Assembly (NCBI GenBank): GCA_963770565.1
Contig: CAVYQE010000002.1
Span: forward strand, 32,001 to 96,000
Length of the DNA stretch: 64,000 nt
Direction: 5' to 3'
Origin: an uncultured Actinomycetota bacterium
Lineage (GTDB): Bacteria > Actinomycetota > Actinomycetes > JAFAQI01
The first letter of the stretch is position 1. Each line of letters starts with the position of its first letter. Positions 44,195-56,127 of this stretch are shown here, one piece after another. The notes under the pieces were generated by a model. It searched no databases and had not been told where the DNA came from. It saw only the letters and a list, made by a program, of their open reading frames with translations. Both the position numbers and the translations under genes were made by a program.

Positions 44195-45682
44195 CTAAGG
44201 CCGTGGCGTCATCGCCACGTCGAACGACGCCACCGTGCCGCCAGAGTCGCGGCCGGCCACGCTGAGGGTGCCGCCCAGCTCGCCTTCGACCAGGGTGCGG
44301 ACGATGGCCAACCCCAGCCGATCGGATGCCGAGAGGTCGAACGCGGCCGGCAGACCACGTCCGTCATCGATGACAGCGATCCTGAGCCGATCGACCGACG
44401 GACAATCGACCACAACCTGCACATCACCACCGGCCTCGCCGTCGTACCCATGCTCCACTGCGTTCTGGACGAGCTCCGACAGCGCCATCGCGAGCGGTGT
44501 GGCGATCTCGGCCGGGAGCACTCCGAAACTGCCGGTACGCCGCACCCGCACGGAAGTGCCGGCCACCTCGGCGACCATGGCCAGCACCCGATCGGCGACC
44601 TCGTCGAAGCTGACCGCCTCGTCGAGGGTGCCGGACAGCGTCTCGTGGACCACCGCGATCGACGACACCCGGCGCACGGACTCCTGCAGGGCCTCGCGGG
44701 CTTCGGGCACCGCCATCCGCCGGGCTTGCAACCGCAACAGGGCGGCCACGGTCTGGAGGTTGTTCTTGACCCGGTGATGGATCTCCCGGATGGTCGCGTC
44801 CTTGGTCAGCAGCGCGCGTTCGCGGTGGCGCAGCTCGGTGACGTCGTGCACCAGCACCAGCGCGCCGATGTGCTCCCCACCCGGCCACAGCGGCAGCACC
44901 CGGAGCTGGACCACGACGTCGCCGGCCTGTAGGTCACCGCTGCCCGGCGCCCGGCCCCGGGCGACCACCCACACCGGTTCACCGATCGCCGGTGCGCCCC
45001 GGTCGGCCAGCGCCCGGGTCAGCTCGCTCAGGGAGCGGCCGGTCAGGTCGCCGACGTGCCCCAGCCGGCGGTACGCCGACAAGGCGTTCGGGCTGGCGAA
45101 GGTCACGACGCCGTCGGCGTCGAGCCGGATCAGGCCGTCGCCGACCCGCGGGCCGCCCTCGCGCGCGGCCTCGTCCGGGTATGGCCAACGCCCCTCGGCG
45201 AGCATCTGCGCGAGATCGTTCGCGCTGCGCAGGTAGGCGATCTCGAGCTGGCTGGGCGTGCGGGCGGCCGCAAGGTTGGTCGCGCGGGCGACCACGGCGA
45301 CGATCCTGCCGCCGGCCCGGACCGGCAGGGCCTCCTCGCGGACCGGGGTTCCGCCGACCCAGATCGGGTCGTTCTCCCGGCAGATCCGCCCTTCGGCCAG
45401 CGCGATCGCCAACTGCGGGCGGTCGGCGGCGGCGATCTCGGTGCCGACCAGGTCATCCTGGTACGCGGTAGGTGCGGTCAGTGGCCGCATCTGCGCAACG
45501 ACGACGAAGCGGGTCGCCGTACGGTCCGGAACGAACAGCACGAGATCGGCGAATGACAGGTCAGCGAGTAGCTGCCAGTCACCAACGAGTCGATGCAGGG
45601 CCGCAGCCCGTGCCACGCGGTCATCGGCGGCCGACCCCGGCGCGAGCCGCTCGCTGTCGAGCAGCTCGTCCATGGTTGGCAC
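44195..45682 (-). CDS. pdtaS: Sensor histidine kinase PdtaS
   Basis: WQLLADLSFADL, EIHHRVKNNLQ and DDGRG motifs; convergent with whiB1. Confidence 0.92.
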   Translation of the reverse strand: MPTMDELLDSERLAPGSAADDRVARAAALHRLVGDWQLLADLSFADLVLFVPDRTATRFVVVAQMRPLTAPTAYQDDLVGTEIAAADRPQLAIALAEGRICRENDPIWVGGTPVREEALPVRAGGRIVAVVARATNLAAARTPSQLEIAYLRSANDLAQMLAEGRWPYPDEAAREGGPRVGDGLIRLDADGVVTFASPNALSAYRRLGHVGDLTGRSLSELTRALADRGAPAIGEPVWVVARGRAPGSGDLQAGDVVVQLRVLPLWPGGEHIGALVLVHDVTELRHRERALLTKDATIREIHHRVKNNLQTVAALLRLQARRMAVPEAREALQESVRRVSSIAVVHETLSGTLDEAVSFDEVADRVLAMVAEVAGTSVRVRRTGSFGVLPAEIATPLAMALSELVQNAVEHGYDGEAGGDVQVVVDCPSVDRLRIAVIDDGRGLPAAFDLSASDRLGLAIVRTLVEGELGGTLSVAGRDSGGTVASFDVAMTPRP

Positions 45683-45778
45683 CGGACCAGGCTAGGGCCC
45701 CTGCCGAACCCGCGATCGTCGCGCTGATCATCGCCCGACGACGCCGGCGCCTGGCCAGCCGCACTCGCTCGGCGAGGA

Positions 45779-48301
45779 TCACGTTGGCCGCCGGTCGAGG
45801 GTCAGCCGCGATCCGGCAACGGCGCCGGTGCCGAGCATTGCCAGCAGCGGAATGCCGAGCACCACGATCGCGATCGTCGTCCACGGCATCACGAACGGGA
45901 TCGCCTTGGCGGCATGCAGGATCGCCCAGGCCGGGATGATGCCGGCCACGACGCCTTGGACGGCACCGAGCAGCGCCACCGCACCGGCCTGGTTGGCGAC
46001 CAGGAATCGCCGGGTCCGCGGCCGGCCGCCGACCGCGGCGAGGGTGATCAAGTCCGGCTTGCTCTCCGCCATCGACAGCCCGACCGAGATCGCGGTGGCC
46101 CCGAGGGTGACGATCGCGGCCGCGATCGCCAGCACGATCAGGCCGACCGAATAGTGACCGGCGTGATACCCGCGCTCGATGATCACCTGCGCGGTCACGT
46201 CGCCGAGCTGGTCGTTCAGGCGATCCGCCTGGGCCTGGGTCGGCACCCGCGGAGTGGTGGCGACGTACGTCGTCAAGGTGGTCCGTGAGTGCAGGGCCGC
46301 GGCGGTGGCAGGGGAAGCAATGCCGGCCACTGCCGCGCCGAGCTTGCCGACGTCGTCACGGACGACCGGCACCTGCCTGATCGCATATTCGTTGCCCGTC
46401 TTGATGTTCTCGCGTTCGAGCCTGGCCGGGAGGGTCGAGAACGCGATCACCGAGCCGCTCGTAAGCGCCCGCTCCGCAGCCGGGTCGACCCGGCCGGTCA
46501 GCGTGCGCAGGAGGCTGACCCCGCCGACCGCGACAGTGTTGGCGGAGGTGTCGGACGAGAACAGGTAGAGCGGGCGGCAGCCCTTGTCGTAGCACTCCGC
46601 GGTCGGCACCGGAGTGACCGAAGTGGCGCCGAGGTCGCGGCCGAAGACTGCAAGAGTAGCGGCCCGCCGTTGCGCCAGGTGACTGCCGCCGGCGAGCTTG
46701 AGCACCGGCTGGCCGATCCGGGCCTGGGGCATGTAGGTCGCGCGGTCCCGGTGCTCGGTGCTGACGAAGTACGCCGACACCGCGACGCTGCCGGCGATAG
46801 CGGCCATGATCGCGGCGACCGCCGGACCGGACCGGCCACGATGGCGGGCGGCGTCGCGCAACGCGAGGCGCGGCGCGAGCGGGAGGAACCGGGCCAGTTT
46901 GCCGGCCGCGCCGACCACGGCCGGCGCGCAGAAGACGAAGCCCAGCTCCGAGATGACGGCGCCGCCGAGGATCTGCCAGAAGTTGGCATGGCTGGCCGCG
47001 TGCCCGGCCACCAGCGCGCCGATCACCACCATCGCAAGGCCGAACGCCGGCACCCGCTTCGGTGTGCTCAGTGCGCCGCGCCGGCCGCTCAGCGCGAGGA
47101 CGACGTCCTCACGACCGGCTGCGCGAGCCGGCAACACACTCGAGATGATGCCGGTGAGGGTCCCCAACACCAGGACGCCCAACAACTCGAGCGGCCGCAG
47201 GTCGAACGCTCCCGGCACGCGGTTGGCCAGCCTCGACACCTCGGGCAGCGCGATTCGCGCGACCGCGATGCCGGCGCCGAGCCCAACCACTGCACCGACC
47301 ACGCCGAGCACCAGGCCGCCGGCCAGGACGATCTGCCGGACCTGGCGGGTGTCTCCCCCGGCCGCGGCGACCAGGGCGAGATCACGCCGCTGCCGTCGGG
47401 CGCCGACCGCGAAGGCGGCGCCGGCCAGCAGGACCACTTCGAGGACGGCGAGCCCGATCGCGACCGTTGCGATACCGATCCGGTCAGCGGTGGTCGTCCG
47501 GTTCGGCGGGTTGATCACCGGAGCGTCGGCCGGCGGGTGCTCGGCGACGTACCGCGAGGTGACGATCAGCCCGAGCGCGTTGAGCTGCCGGACCTCGGCC
47601 CAGGTCACCGGATGCGTGGTGGTGGCGAGCAGCATCGGGTCGCGGTTGTCCTGGCTCGACACTGCGGTTGCGTACACGGTATCCGCGTTGAGGGCATTGG
47701 GATTTCGTACGACGGCAGTCACCGTGCGCGGCTGGTTCGCCACCTCGATCGAGTCGCCGATCACGACGTCGAGGCGTTTGGCGAGGTGCTCGGTCACCCC
47801 GACCTGGTCGCTATCGCTCGGCGCATGTCCGGCCGTGACCGACGCGATCCCGGTGGTCAGCGGGTTGTTCAGGTCGAGCAGGTCGACGTCGCTGTCGAGC
47901 AGTCGGTCGTTCGCAGTCACCAGGGCAGAGGTGACCACTCGGGTGGCGACCGGGCCACGGGCGCCGATCATCGCCAGCGCGCGGGCCTGCAGCGCCACCG
48001 AGGCGGGCGAGCCCGAGGTCAACACGTGCTTGCCGCTGGGCTCGTAGCCGTAAGTCGGATCGACCCCTTGGAGGACCCGGCCGCCGCCGGGGCCTTGGAT
48101 CGCGACGTCGGCGGCGCCGATCTCCCGGGTGACCCGCTCGCCCGGGCTCAGTTGCATCGTGCGGGCCAACACGTCGGCCGAGCTCAGCCCGAGCACCGGG
48201 ATCGCCACCATCGCGACGACCAGGGCGCTGCGTGCCTTGTGCCGCATCGCATCGCGCCGCGCGATCCGCAACGTCGCGACCAGCGCGCTCGGTGAGTTCA
48301 T
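45779..48301 (-). CDS. FtsX-like ABC permease (module 2)
   Basis: RIARRDA and AFAVGARRQRR motifs; two TM clusters. Confidence 0.88.
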   Translation of the reverse strand: MNSPSALVATLRIARRDAMRHKARSALVVAMVAIPVLGLSSADVLARTMQLSPGERVTREIGAADVAIQGPGGGRVLQGVDPTYGYEPSGKHVLTSGSPASVALQARALAMIGARGPVATRVVTSALVTANDRLLDSDVDLLDLNNPLTTGIASVTAGHAPSDSDQVGVTEHLAKRLDVVIGDSIEVANQPRTVTAVVRNPNALNADTVYATAVSSQDNRDPMLLATTTHPVTWAEVRQLNALGLIVTSRYVAEHPPADAPVINPPNRTTTADRIGIATVAIGLAVLEVVLLAGAAFAVGARRQRRDLALVAAAGGDTRQVRQIVLAGGLVLGVVGAVVGLGAGIAVARIALPEVSRLANRVPGAFDLRPLELLGVLVLGTLTGIISSVLPARAAGREDVVLALSGRRGALSTPKRVPAFGLAMVVIGALVAGHAASHANFWQILGGAVISELGFVFCAPAVVGAAGKLARFLPLAPRLALRDAARHRGRSGPAVAAIMAAIAGSVAVSAYFVSTEHRDRATYMPQARIGQPVLKLAGGSHLAQRRAATLAVFGRDLGATSVTPVPTAECYDKGCRPLYLFSSDTSANTVAVGGVSLLRTLTGRVDPAAERALTSGSVIAFSTLPARLERENIKTGNEYAIRQVPVVRDDVGKLGAAVAGIASPATAAALHSRTTLTTYVATTPRVPTQAQADRLNDQLGDVTAQVIIERGYHAGHYSVGLIVLAIAAAIVTLGATAISVGLSMAESKPDLITLAAVGGRPRTRRFLVANQAGAVALLGAVQGVVAGIIPAWAILHAAKAIPFVMPWTTIAIVVLGIPLLAMLGTGAVAGSRLTLDRRPT

Positions 48302-49041
48302 CGGGCGGAGCCGCCGCTGAGCAACGTGGCCGGGTCGGGTCGGACGCCGGTGTCGTCGACGACGAGCCCATCGCGGAGGAACACGACCCGGTCGGCCCAG
48401 CCGGCCAGCCGGATGTCATGGGTCACCAGCACGGCCGCGGCGCCGGCCTCGCAACGCGCCCGCAGCAGTCGCATCACGTCTTCGCCGGTCACCGAGTCGA
48501 GCGCACCGGTCGGCTCGTCGGCAAGGATCAGCCGGCGCGGCCCGACGACCGCCCGCGCGATCGCCACCCGCTGCTGCTGGCCGCCTGAGAGCTCGTCCGG
48601 GAAGCGGTCGGCCAGGTCGTCGACGCCGACATCGGCCAGCGCGGCCAACGCCTCCGCTCGCGCCCGCCGGGCCGAGACTCCATCGAGCTCGCGGGGCAGG
48701 GCGACGTTCTCGGCCGCCGTCAACGCCGGGATCAGGTTGAGGTCCTGGAAGACGTAGCCGACGCTGCGGCGGCGCACCTGGGCCAGGGTCGCGCGCGAGA
48801 GCCCGGCGAGTGATCGGCCGGCCACCACCACGTCGCCGGAGGTCGCGGTATCGAGACCGCCGGCGATGTTGAGCAACGTCGACTTGCCGGAGCCGCTGGG
48901 TCCCATCACCGCGACGAACTCACCCTGGTCGACCGAGAGCGACACCCCGCGAAGGGCGTGCACGGCGGCCGCGCCCGTGCCGTGGACCCGGATCACGGTG
49001 AACATCTCGAGAACCGCACTCGTCTGCTGAATCTCGCTCAT
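48298..49041 (-). CDS. ABC exporter ATP-binding protein (module 2)
   Basis: [17 protein letters not shown] and LADEPTGALD motifs. Confidence 0.94.
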   Translation of the reverse strand: MSEIQQTSAVLEMFTVIRVHGTGAAAVHALRGVSLSVDQGEFVAVMGPSGSGKSTLLNIAGGLDTATSGDVVVAGRSLAGLSRATLAQVRRRSVGYVFQDLNLIPALTAAENVALPRELDGVSARRARAEALAALADVGVDDLADRFPDELSGGQQQRVAIARAVVGPRRLILADEPTGALDSVTGEDVMRLLRARCEAGAAAVLVTHDIRLAGWADRVVFLRDGLVVDDTGVRPDPATLLSGGSAR

Positions 49042-49652
49042 CGAGCCACTCCTTCCCCGGTGGGGTCGATTTCGGGCTCTGGCACGGCGACGGCGGCCTC
49101 GCCGGACTCCGACCGGACTCGCGCTTTCGGCGATCCGTCCGCCTGCGAGAGTCGCTGCTCACAGGCGTCGAGCCAGCGGATCTCGGCCTCGGCCGAGAAG
49201 ATCAGCGAGTCGAGCACGATCGGCCAGGCCATGCCCTCAGCGTCCTCGTCGTGCGCTCTCCGGAGCCGGGTGTAGTCCTGAAGCGCCCGCATCGTGTCGG
49301 TCCGCTGGGCCTGGACGACGGCGGGCAGGTCTGCGTCCGGCAACGCGGCGGCCATCGCCAGCTTGATCGCGAGCTCGTCGCGGGGCCGCTCCTCGCGATG
49401 CACCGGGGTCGCGAACCAGGCGGCGAGCTCGGCCCGGCCCTGGTCGGTCAGCGCGTAGCGCCGGTGGGTGTCGTCGGTCGCCTCGATCTCGATCACCAGA
49501 CGGTCGCGCTCGAGCCGCGACAAGGTCGTGTAGACCTGCCCGATGTTCAGCGGCCAGGTATTGCCGGTCCGCTCCTCGAAGTCGGTCCGAAGCTGGTAGC
49601 CGTAGCGCGGGCCGGCGGCAAGCATCGCCAGGATTCCCTGCCGGATCGACAC
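49038..49652 (-). CDS. PadR family regulator (module 2)
   Basis: WPLNIGQVYTTLSRLERD and PRDELAIK motifs. Confidence 0.93.
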   Translation of the reverse strand: MSIRQGILAMLAAGPRYGYQLRTDFEERTGNTWPLNIGQVYTTLSRLERDRLVIEIEATDDTHRRYALTDQGRAELAAWFATPVHREERPRDELAIKLAMAAALPDADLPAVVQAQRTDTMRALQDYTRLRRAHDEDAEGMAWPIVLDSLIFSAEAEIRWLDACEQRLSQADGSPKARVRSESGEAAVAVPEPEIDPTGEGVAR

Positions 49653-49694
49653 CTGCTACCTCCCCGCTCACCGCGCGACCACCGCCGGTCGAGC

Positions 49695-49720
49695 CATACG
49701 CAGTATGCATACCTCGTATG
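49695..49720. promoter_or_regulatory. Tandem CATAC-N3-GTATG palindromes, candidate PadR operator
   Basis: CATACgcaGTATG CATACctcGTATG located 43 bp upstream of padR. Confidence 0.7.
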
Positions 49721-49794
49721 CATTTGGCAAGCGCGAACCAGCGCGAAGCGCGGATATCGGGTGGGACGGGCGGGTGGTGGGGTGCGGGTGCCGC

Positions 49795-50868
49795 TCAGGC
49801 GACGAGGCCGACGCGGCGCAGCTCGACGGTGAGGTCGTGCGGGTTGGTCGAGGCGATCATCGCCGCGTCCAAGCGTGATGACGCCGTCGCGGATCAGCGA
49901 GACCAGGTGCTGGTCGAAGGTCTGCATGCCGTAGTAGGAGCCGTCGGCGATCAGGCTATTGATCGTCGAGGTCTTCTCCGGGTCGACGATCGCATCGGCG
50001 ACCCGGCCGGTGTTGATGCAGACCTCCATCGCCACGCAGCGGCCCTCGCCGTCGGCGCGGGGCACCAGCCGCTGGCAGATGATGCCGCGCAGCGCGCCGG
50101 CGAGCGACAGCCGGATCTGCTTCTGCTCGTGCGGCGGGAAGAAGTCGATGACGCGGCTGATGGTCTCCTGCGCGTCGGTGGTGTGCAGCGTCGACATGAC
50201 GAAGTGACCGGTCTCCGCGGCGGCCAGCGCGGCCTTGACGGTCTCCTGGTCACGCATCTCGCCGACCAGGATGACGTCGGGGTCCTGCCGCATCGCGGCG
50301 CGCAGTGCAACGACGAAGTCCTCGGTGTCCACCCGGACCTCGCGCTGGTTGACCATCGCGGTCTTGTCGAAGTGCAGGACCTCGATCGGGTCCTCGATCG
50401 TGACGATGTGGACCTCGCGGTTGACGTTGATGTGGTCGATCATTCCGGCGAGCGTGGTGGTCTTTCCCGAACCGGTCGGGCCGGTGACCAGGACCAGGCC
50501 GCGCGGCTCGAGCGCAAGCGTGCTCGAGCACGACCGGCAGACCGAGGTCGGAGAGCGGGATCGCGCCGATCGCAGACCCGGCGGAAGACCAGGCCGGCGG
50601 AGCCACGCGAACGGAACGCGTTGACCCGGAACCGGCCGACGCCGGACAGCGAATAGGCGAAGTCCGCCTCGTTGGTGCGGTCGAACTCGTCGACGAGGTC
50701 CTCGCGGAGCACCTCGCGCACCATCTGCTCGGTGTCGGCGGACGTCAGGTCGCGGGTCTCGAGCTTGCGCAGTCGGCCGTCAATTCGGACACGAGGCGGC
50801 GAACCGACCTTGCAGTGCAGGTCGGAACCGCCACATTCGACCAGCGCCCGCAGGAATGGCTCGATCAT
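49795..50868 (-). CDS. pilT: PilT/PilU type IV pilus retraction ATPase, three +1 frameshifts (~50574, ~50522, ~49871)
   Basis: SDLHCKVGSPP, RFRVNAF, GPTGSGKTT, TIEDPIE, RQDPDVILVGEMRD, TLHT and GMQTFDQ motifs spread across four frame segments. Confidence 0.88.
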
Positions 50869-50997
50869 CAATGACGTCACCCTTGGTGCTTCGGCGCGAA
50901 TGGTGCCCACCTTGACCCATCCCGCACGCTCAGCGTCAGCGTGTCCGCAATGTGCCGGGCCGATGCCTCGGCACGAGCGCCGCACCACGGCGTACCG

Positions 50998-51210
50998 CTA
51001 GTCGATGACGGCGATGACATCGCCTTCCTGGACCACCTGGCCCTCGCTGACCCGCAGGTCGCTCAGCGTGCCGGAGGCCTCGGCGAGCACCGGAATCTCC
51101 ATCTTCATCGACTCGAGGATCACGATGGTGTCGCCATCGGCAATGGCATCGCCCTGGCTCGCGACGACCTTCCAGACGTTGGCCACCATCTCTGCCCTGA
51201 CCTCGGCCAC
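50998..51210 (-). CDS. Stand-alone biotin carboxyl carrier protein (Rv3221c-like)
   Basis: GGAGG RBS; VRAEMVANVW and ESMKME biotinylation motif. Confidence 0.92.
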   Translation of the reverse strand: MAEVRAEMVANVWKVVASQGDAIADGDTIVILESMKMEIPVLAEASGTLSDLRVSEGQVVQEGDVIAVID

Positions 51211-51260
51211 TGCCACCTCCCTGACGCGTTGATCTATCGAACCATCGAGGCCGGTCCGGG

Positions 51261-52036
51261 TCAGCGACCGGTCCAGCGTGGCGGGCGCTTGTCGAAGAAC
51301 GCCGAGATCCCCTCGGCCGCGTCCGCAGTGGTGGTCACCAGCGACAGCTGAGCCTGCATCGCTTCCAGCGCGACCGGCAGCGAGGTGGTCTCGGTGGCAG
51401 CGATCCACGCCGCCTTGCCGAGCCGCACCGCGACCGGCGGGGCCGCGGCGAGCCGCTGGACGTATCCCTCGACGTCCGCGTCGAAGCTGGCTGCGTCGTA
51501 CACCCGGGACACCAGACCCAGCTGGTAGGCCGTCGCTGCATCGAAGCGCTCCCCGGTCAGCATCCAGTCGAGCGCGTGCTTGGGCGAGACGTGCCGGGCA
51601 AGCAGGGCGCCGACCATGAACGGCCAGAGCCCGCGGTCCACCTCGGGCAGGCCGAAGGTCGCGGTGTCGCGAGCCAGCACGATGTCGCAGCCCATCGCCA
51701 GGCCGAGACCGCCGGCGAGGCAGATCCCTTGAACCCGCGCGACCACCGGCACCGGGCACTCGCGCATCGCGACCACCAGCTTCACCAGCAGGCCTCGGCC
51801 CTCATGGCGCTCGAGGCCGGTCGCGTCGTCGGCCATCACGGCCAGGTCGGCACCCGCGCAGAAGACCCGGTCGCCGGCCGACGACACGAGCACCACGCGG
51901 GTGCGCTCGTCCGCGGCAGCGCCCACGACCCCGTCGAGCAGGGCCTGCATGACCGGCGCCGACAGCGCGTTGCGGGCTTCCTCGCGGATGATCGTGAGCC
52001 GCAGGACCGGACCGTCCTGGACCACCTCGACATCGC

Positions 52037-52040
<4 letters not shown>
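51261..52040 (-). CDS. Enoyl-CoA hydratase/crotonase (methylglutaconyl-CoA hydratase-like)
   Basis: FCAGADL, AGGLGL...CD and FGLPE motifs. Confidence 0.9.
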
Positions 52041-53377
<1,337 letters not shown>

Positions 53378-53394
53378 GGCGGCACACTAGCGGG

Positions 53395-54135
53395 GTGGGA
53401 CTGGCCCTCATCATCCTGGTCGGCGCCGCGTGCGTCGGGCTCGCGCAGGGTGGCACCTTCGCCGCGCTCGCCGACCTGCCGTTGCGGGGCAGCCGGCTGG
53501 TCGGTTTTGCCGTCGCGGGCGAGGTCTTCGGGGCCGGGATGGCGTGGGCGACCAACGAGCGCGGCTGGTATCCAGTCGGGCTGGTCATCGCGGCCCTGGC
53601 CGGCTTCGCCTTCTGCGCCCGCAACATCCGCCTGGCCGGAGTGCCGCTGATCACGCTCGGCCTGCTCGCCAACGCGCTGGTGGTCGCGGTCAACGGAGCG
53701 ATGCCGGTCTCGGCCGCTGCCGCAGCTCGCGCCGGGGTGCCGACCGGCGAGATCGCATCCGGGGCCGACGCCCGGCACGTGATCGCCGGTCGAGGTACGA
53801 CGCTGCACGCGCTCGGCGACGTCGTACCGGTGGCGTTGCCGTGGCGACCCGAGGTCGCCAGCCCCGGCGACATCCTCGTCACGGCCGGGCTGGGCCAGCT
53901 GGTGCTGGTCGGGATGCGGCGCCGCCCGCGCAAGCGCCGCCCGGCCGGCCGCACCTCGGCCGCCGGACCTGGACCCGCCGCCGGACCTGGACCCGCCGCC
54001 GGGCCGGGCCCCGCTGCCGTAACGTGGACCCGAGCCGACGAGGAGACCCCATGGCCAAGAAGAAGCGCAAGCGCCGGGCGCGAGCAAAGAGCAAGGCCAA
54101 CCACGGCAAGCGCCCCAACTGCTGACCTCTCCTGA
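53395..54135 (+). CDS. DUF5317 family membrane protein with low-complexity tail
   Basis: GLLANALVVAVNGAMPV, LGDV and SPGDIL motifs. Confidence 0.8.
   Translation: MGLALIILVGAACVGLAQGGTFAALADLPLRGSRLVGFAVAGEVFGAGMAWATNERGWYPVGLVIAALAGFAFCARNIRLAGVPLITLGLLANALVVAVNGAMPVSAAAAARAGVPTGEIASGADARHVIAGRGTTLHALGDVVPVALPWRPEVASPGDILVTAGLGQLVLVGMRRRPRKRRPAGRTSAAGPGPAAGPGPAAGPGPAAVTWTRADEETPWPRRSASAGREQRARPTTASAPTADLS
53959..54012 (+). repeat. 18-bp coding tandem repeat x3 (AAGPGP)
   Basis: GCCGCCGGACCTGGACCC twice, plus one degenerate copy. Confidence 0.85.
54051..54125 (+). CDS. 50S ribosomal protein bL37 (24 aa)
   Basis: AGGAG RBS; MAKKKRKRRARAKSKANHGKRPNC carries the KANHGKRPN signature; rsrA/BCCP neighbourhood. 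Confidence 0.9.
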   Translation: MAKKKRKRRARAKSKANHGKRPNC

Positions 54136-54218
54136 GCAATGTCACATTGCCTAGGGACTTGTGGGGGCGATGTCACATCGCCCCCACAAATCGCGGGGGA
54201 ATGTGACATTGCTCAGGA
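54130..54218. repeat. Palindromic element, family B copy 2
   Basis: Boxes at 54138, 54169 and 54200; 77-bp core has the same length as copy 1. Confidence 0.9.
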
Positions 54219-54226
54219 ACTGCGGG

Positions 54227-55168
54227 CTAGCTGAGGGTGGAGCGGATCCACTCCACCGTGCGACCGACGCCGGTGTCGATGTCGACCTGTGGCGACCAGC
54301 CCAGCACCTCACGAGCCGCGCTCGGGTCGAGGGCGTTCGCCTGAAGCTCGCCGGTTCGCGGTGCGGCGAACTCCGGCTCGTCCAGTGCGCCGGCGGCGAC
54401 CGCGACCACGTGATGCAGATCGAGCACCGAGGTCTGCACACCCGTCCCGATGTTGAACCGCCGGCCGGCACCGGCGGACATCGCCCGGACGAACGCATCG
54501 ACCGCGTCGTCGACGTAGAGGTAGTCGCGGGTGGACGAACCGTCGCCGAAGATCTTCGTCGGCCGGCGCTCCAGCATCGCGGTGCCGAAGATCGCCACGA
54601 CGCCGGCTTCGCCGTGCGGATCCTGACGCGGGCCGTAGACGTTAGCCAGCGCGAGCGAGGTCCAGCTCAGGCCGAACATCGCGCCGTACGCCGCGACGTA
54701 CAGCTCGCCGGAAACCTTGCTGACCGCGTACGGCGACTCGGGCCGCACCGGGATGTCCTCGGCGGCGGGCAGCTTCTCCGGCGCACCGTAGATCGTGCCG
54801 CCGGAGGAGGTGAACACCACCTTGCCCACCGAAGCGCGGCGCGCGGCCTCGCAGACGCTGATCGTGCCGAGGATGTTCTGGCGGGCGTCGAGCCACGGGT
54901 CGGCCACCGACACCCGCACGTCCACCTGAGCCGCAAGATGCAGGATCACCTCGGGCTGCACCTGGCCGACGAAGTCGACGAACTCCATGGTCGTGATGTC
55001 GATCTGGGCGAAGCGATATGGCTGCTCGGATGCTCGGGCGAGCTCCAGGTTGCGGGTCCGCCCGTTGGACAGGTCGTCGACGGCGGTGACGTCGTGACCG
55101 TCGGCGAGCAGCCGGTCGACCAGGTTGCTCCCGATGAACCCGGCCCCGCCGGTCACTAGCAGCTTCAT
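54227..55168 (-). CDS. NAD-dependent epimerase/dehydratase (UDP-glucose 4-epimerase-like)
   Basis: TGGAGFIGS, YAVSK and NVYGPRQDPHGEAGVV motifs. Confidence 0.92.
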   Translation of the reverse strand: MKLLVTGGAGFIGSNLVDRLLADGHDVTAVDDLSNGRTRNLELARASEQPYRFAQIDITTMEFVDFVGQVQPEVILHLAAQVDVRVSVADPWLDARQNILGTISVCEAARRASVGKVVFTSSGGTIYGAPEKLPAAEDIPVRPESPYAVSKVSGELYVAAYGAMFGLSWTSLALANVYGPRQDPHGEAGVVAIFGTAMLERRPTKIFGDGSSTRDYLYVDDAVDAFVRAMSAGAGRRFNIGTGVQTSVLDLHHVVAVAAGALDEPEFAAPRTGELQANALDPSAAREVLGWSPQVDIDTGVGRTVEWIRSTLS

Positions 55169-55235
55169 ACGTCGACCCTATGAGACGGGCAACGCGATCG
55201 GACTTCAGCGCGCCCGCGAAGCGACCCGAAATCGC

Positions 55236-55520
55236 TTATTCGGCGCGATATTCGAGGGTGGAAATCTCGATCCTGACCTCATCGAGCTTGATCCGGAGGC
55301 GTTCCTTCAAGCCGTCCGGCGCAACTTCCCCGCCGCAACAGCGGGCGACGAGCGCCTTGACTTCCTGCTCGATGCCGAACTGGCGCAGGCACGGGCCACA
55401 CTCATCGAGGTGGCTGCGCACCTCGGCCTTGCTGGAGTCGTCGATCTCGCCGTCGAGATAGAGGTAGACCTGCCGAATCACCTCGACACAGTCGACGTCG
55501 TGAGGGTTTCCGCAGCTCAT
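55236..55520 (-). CDS. rsrA: Mycothiol-system zinc anti-sigma factor RsrA/RshA
   Basis: MSCGNPHDVDC, HLDECGPC (HxxxCxxC) and ARCCG motifs. Confidence 0.93.
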   Translation of the reverse strand: MSCGNPHDVDCVEVIRQVYLYLDGEIDDSSKAEVRSHLDECGPCLRQFGIEQEVKALVARCCGGEVAPDGLKERLRIKLDEVRIEISTLEYRAE

Positions 55521-55533
55521 CGGTCACACCCCG

Positions 55534-56127
55534 TCATGTCGTGCTCCCAGCCTCGGGATGAACATAACCACGATCCGCCGCATAGTGCTCAAGTGCTTCG
55601 CGAAGGCCCCGCCGGCCCCGATGCAGCCGGGACATGACCGTGCCGATCGGAGTGCCCATGATCTCGGCGATCTCCTTGTAGGCAAAGCCCTCGACGTCGG
55701 CGAGATAGACCGCCATCCGGAACTCGTCCGGCAGTGACTGCAAGGCTTCCTTGATGTCGCTGTCGGGCAGGTGCTCGAGCGCCTCGGTCTCCGCGGACTT
55801 CAAGCCGGACGAGGTGTGCGACTCCGCACTCGCAAGCTGCCAGTCCTCGACCTCGGCGTTGCCGGACTCGAGCGGCTGGCGCTGCTTCTTGCGGTAGGTG
55901 TTGATGAACGTGTTGGTCAGGATCCGGTAGAGCCAAGCCTTGAGGTTGGTGCCTTCCTGGAACTGGTGGAAGGCCGCGAAGGCCTTGACGTAGGTCTCCT
56001 GGACGAGATCCTCGGCGTCGGTCGGGTTGCGCGTCATCCGCAGCGCAGCCGAATAGAGCTGGTCGAGGAACGGCAACGCATCGCGCTCGAACCGCGCGCT
56101 GCGCTCCTCGACGGTCTCCTCGGCCAC
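55534..56127 (-). CDS. sigR: ECF sigma factor SigR/SigH
   Basis: [24 protein letters not shown] and [15 protein letters not shown] motifs; frame stays open upstream. Confidence 0.95.
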   Translation of the reverse strand: MAEETVEERSARFERDALPFLDQLYSAALRMTRNPTDAEDLVQETYVKAFAAFHQFQEGTNLKAWLYRILTNTFINTYRKKQRQPLESGNAEVEDWQLASAESHTSSGLKSAETEALEHLPDSDIKEALQSLPDEFRMAVYLADVEGFAYKEIAEIMGTPIGTVMSRLHRGRRGLREALEHYAADRGYVHPEAGSTT

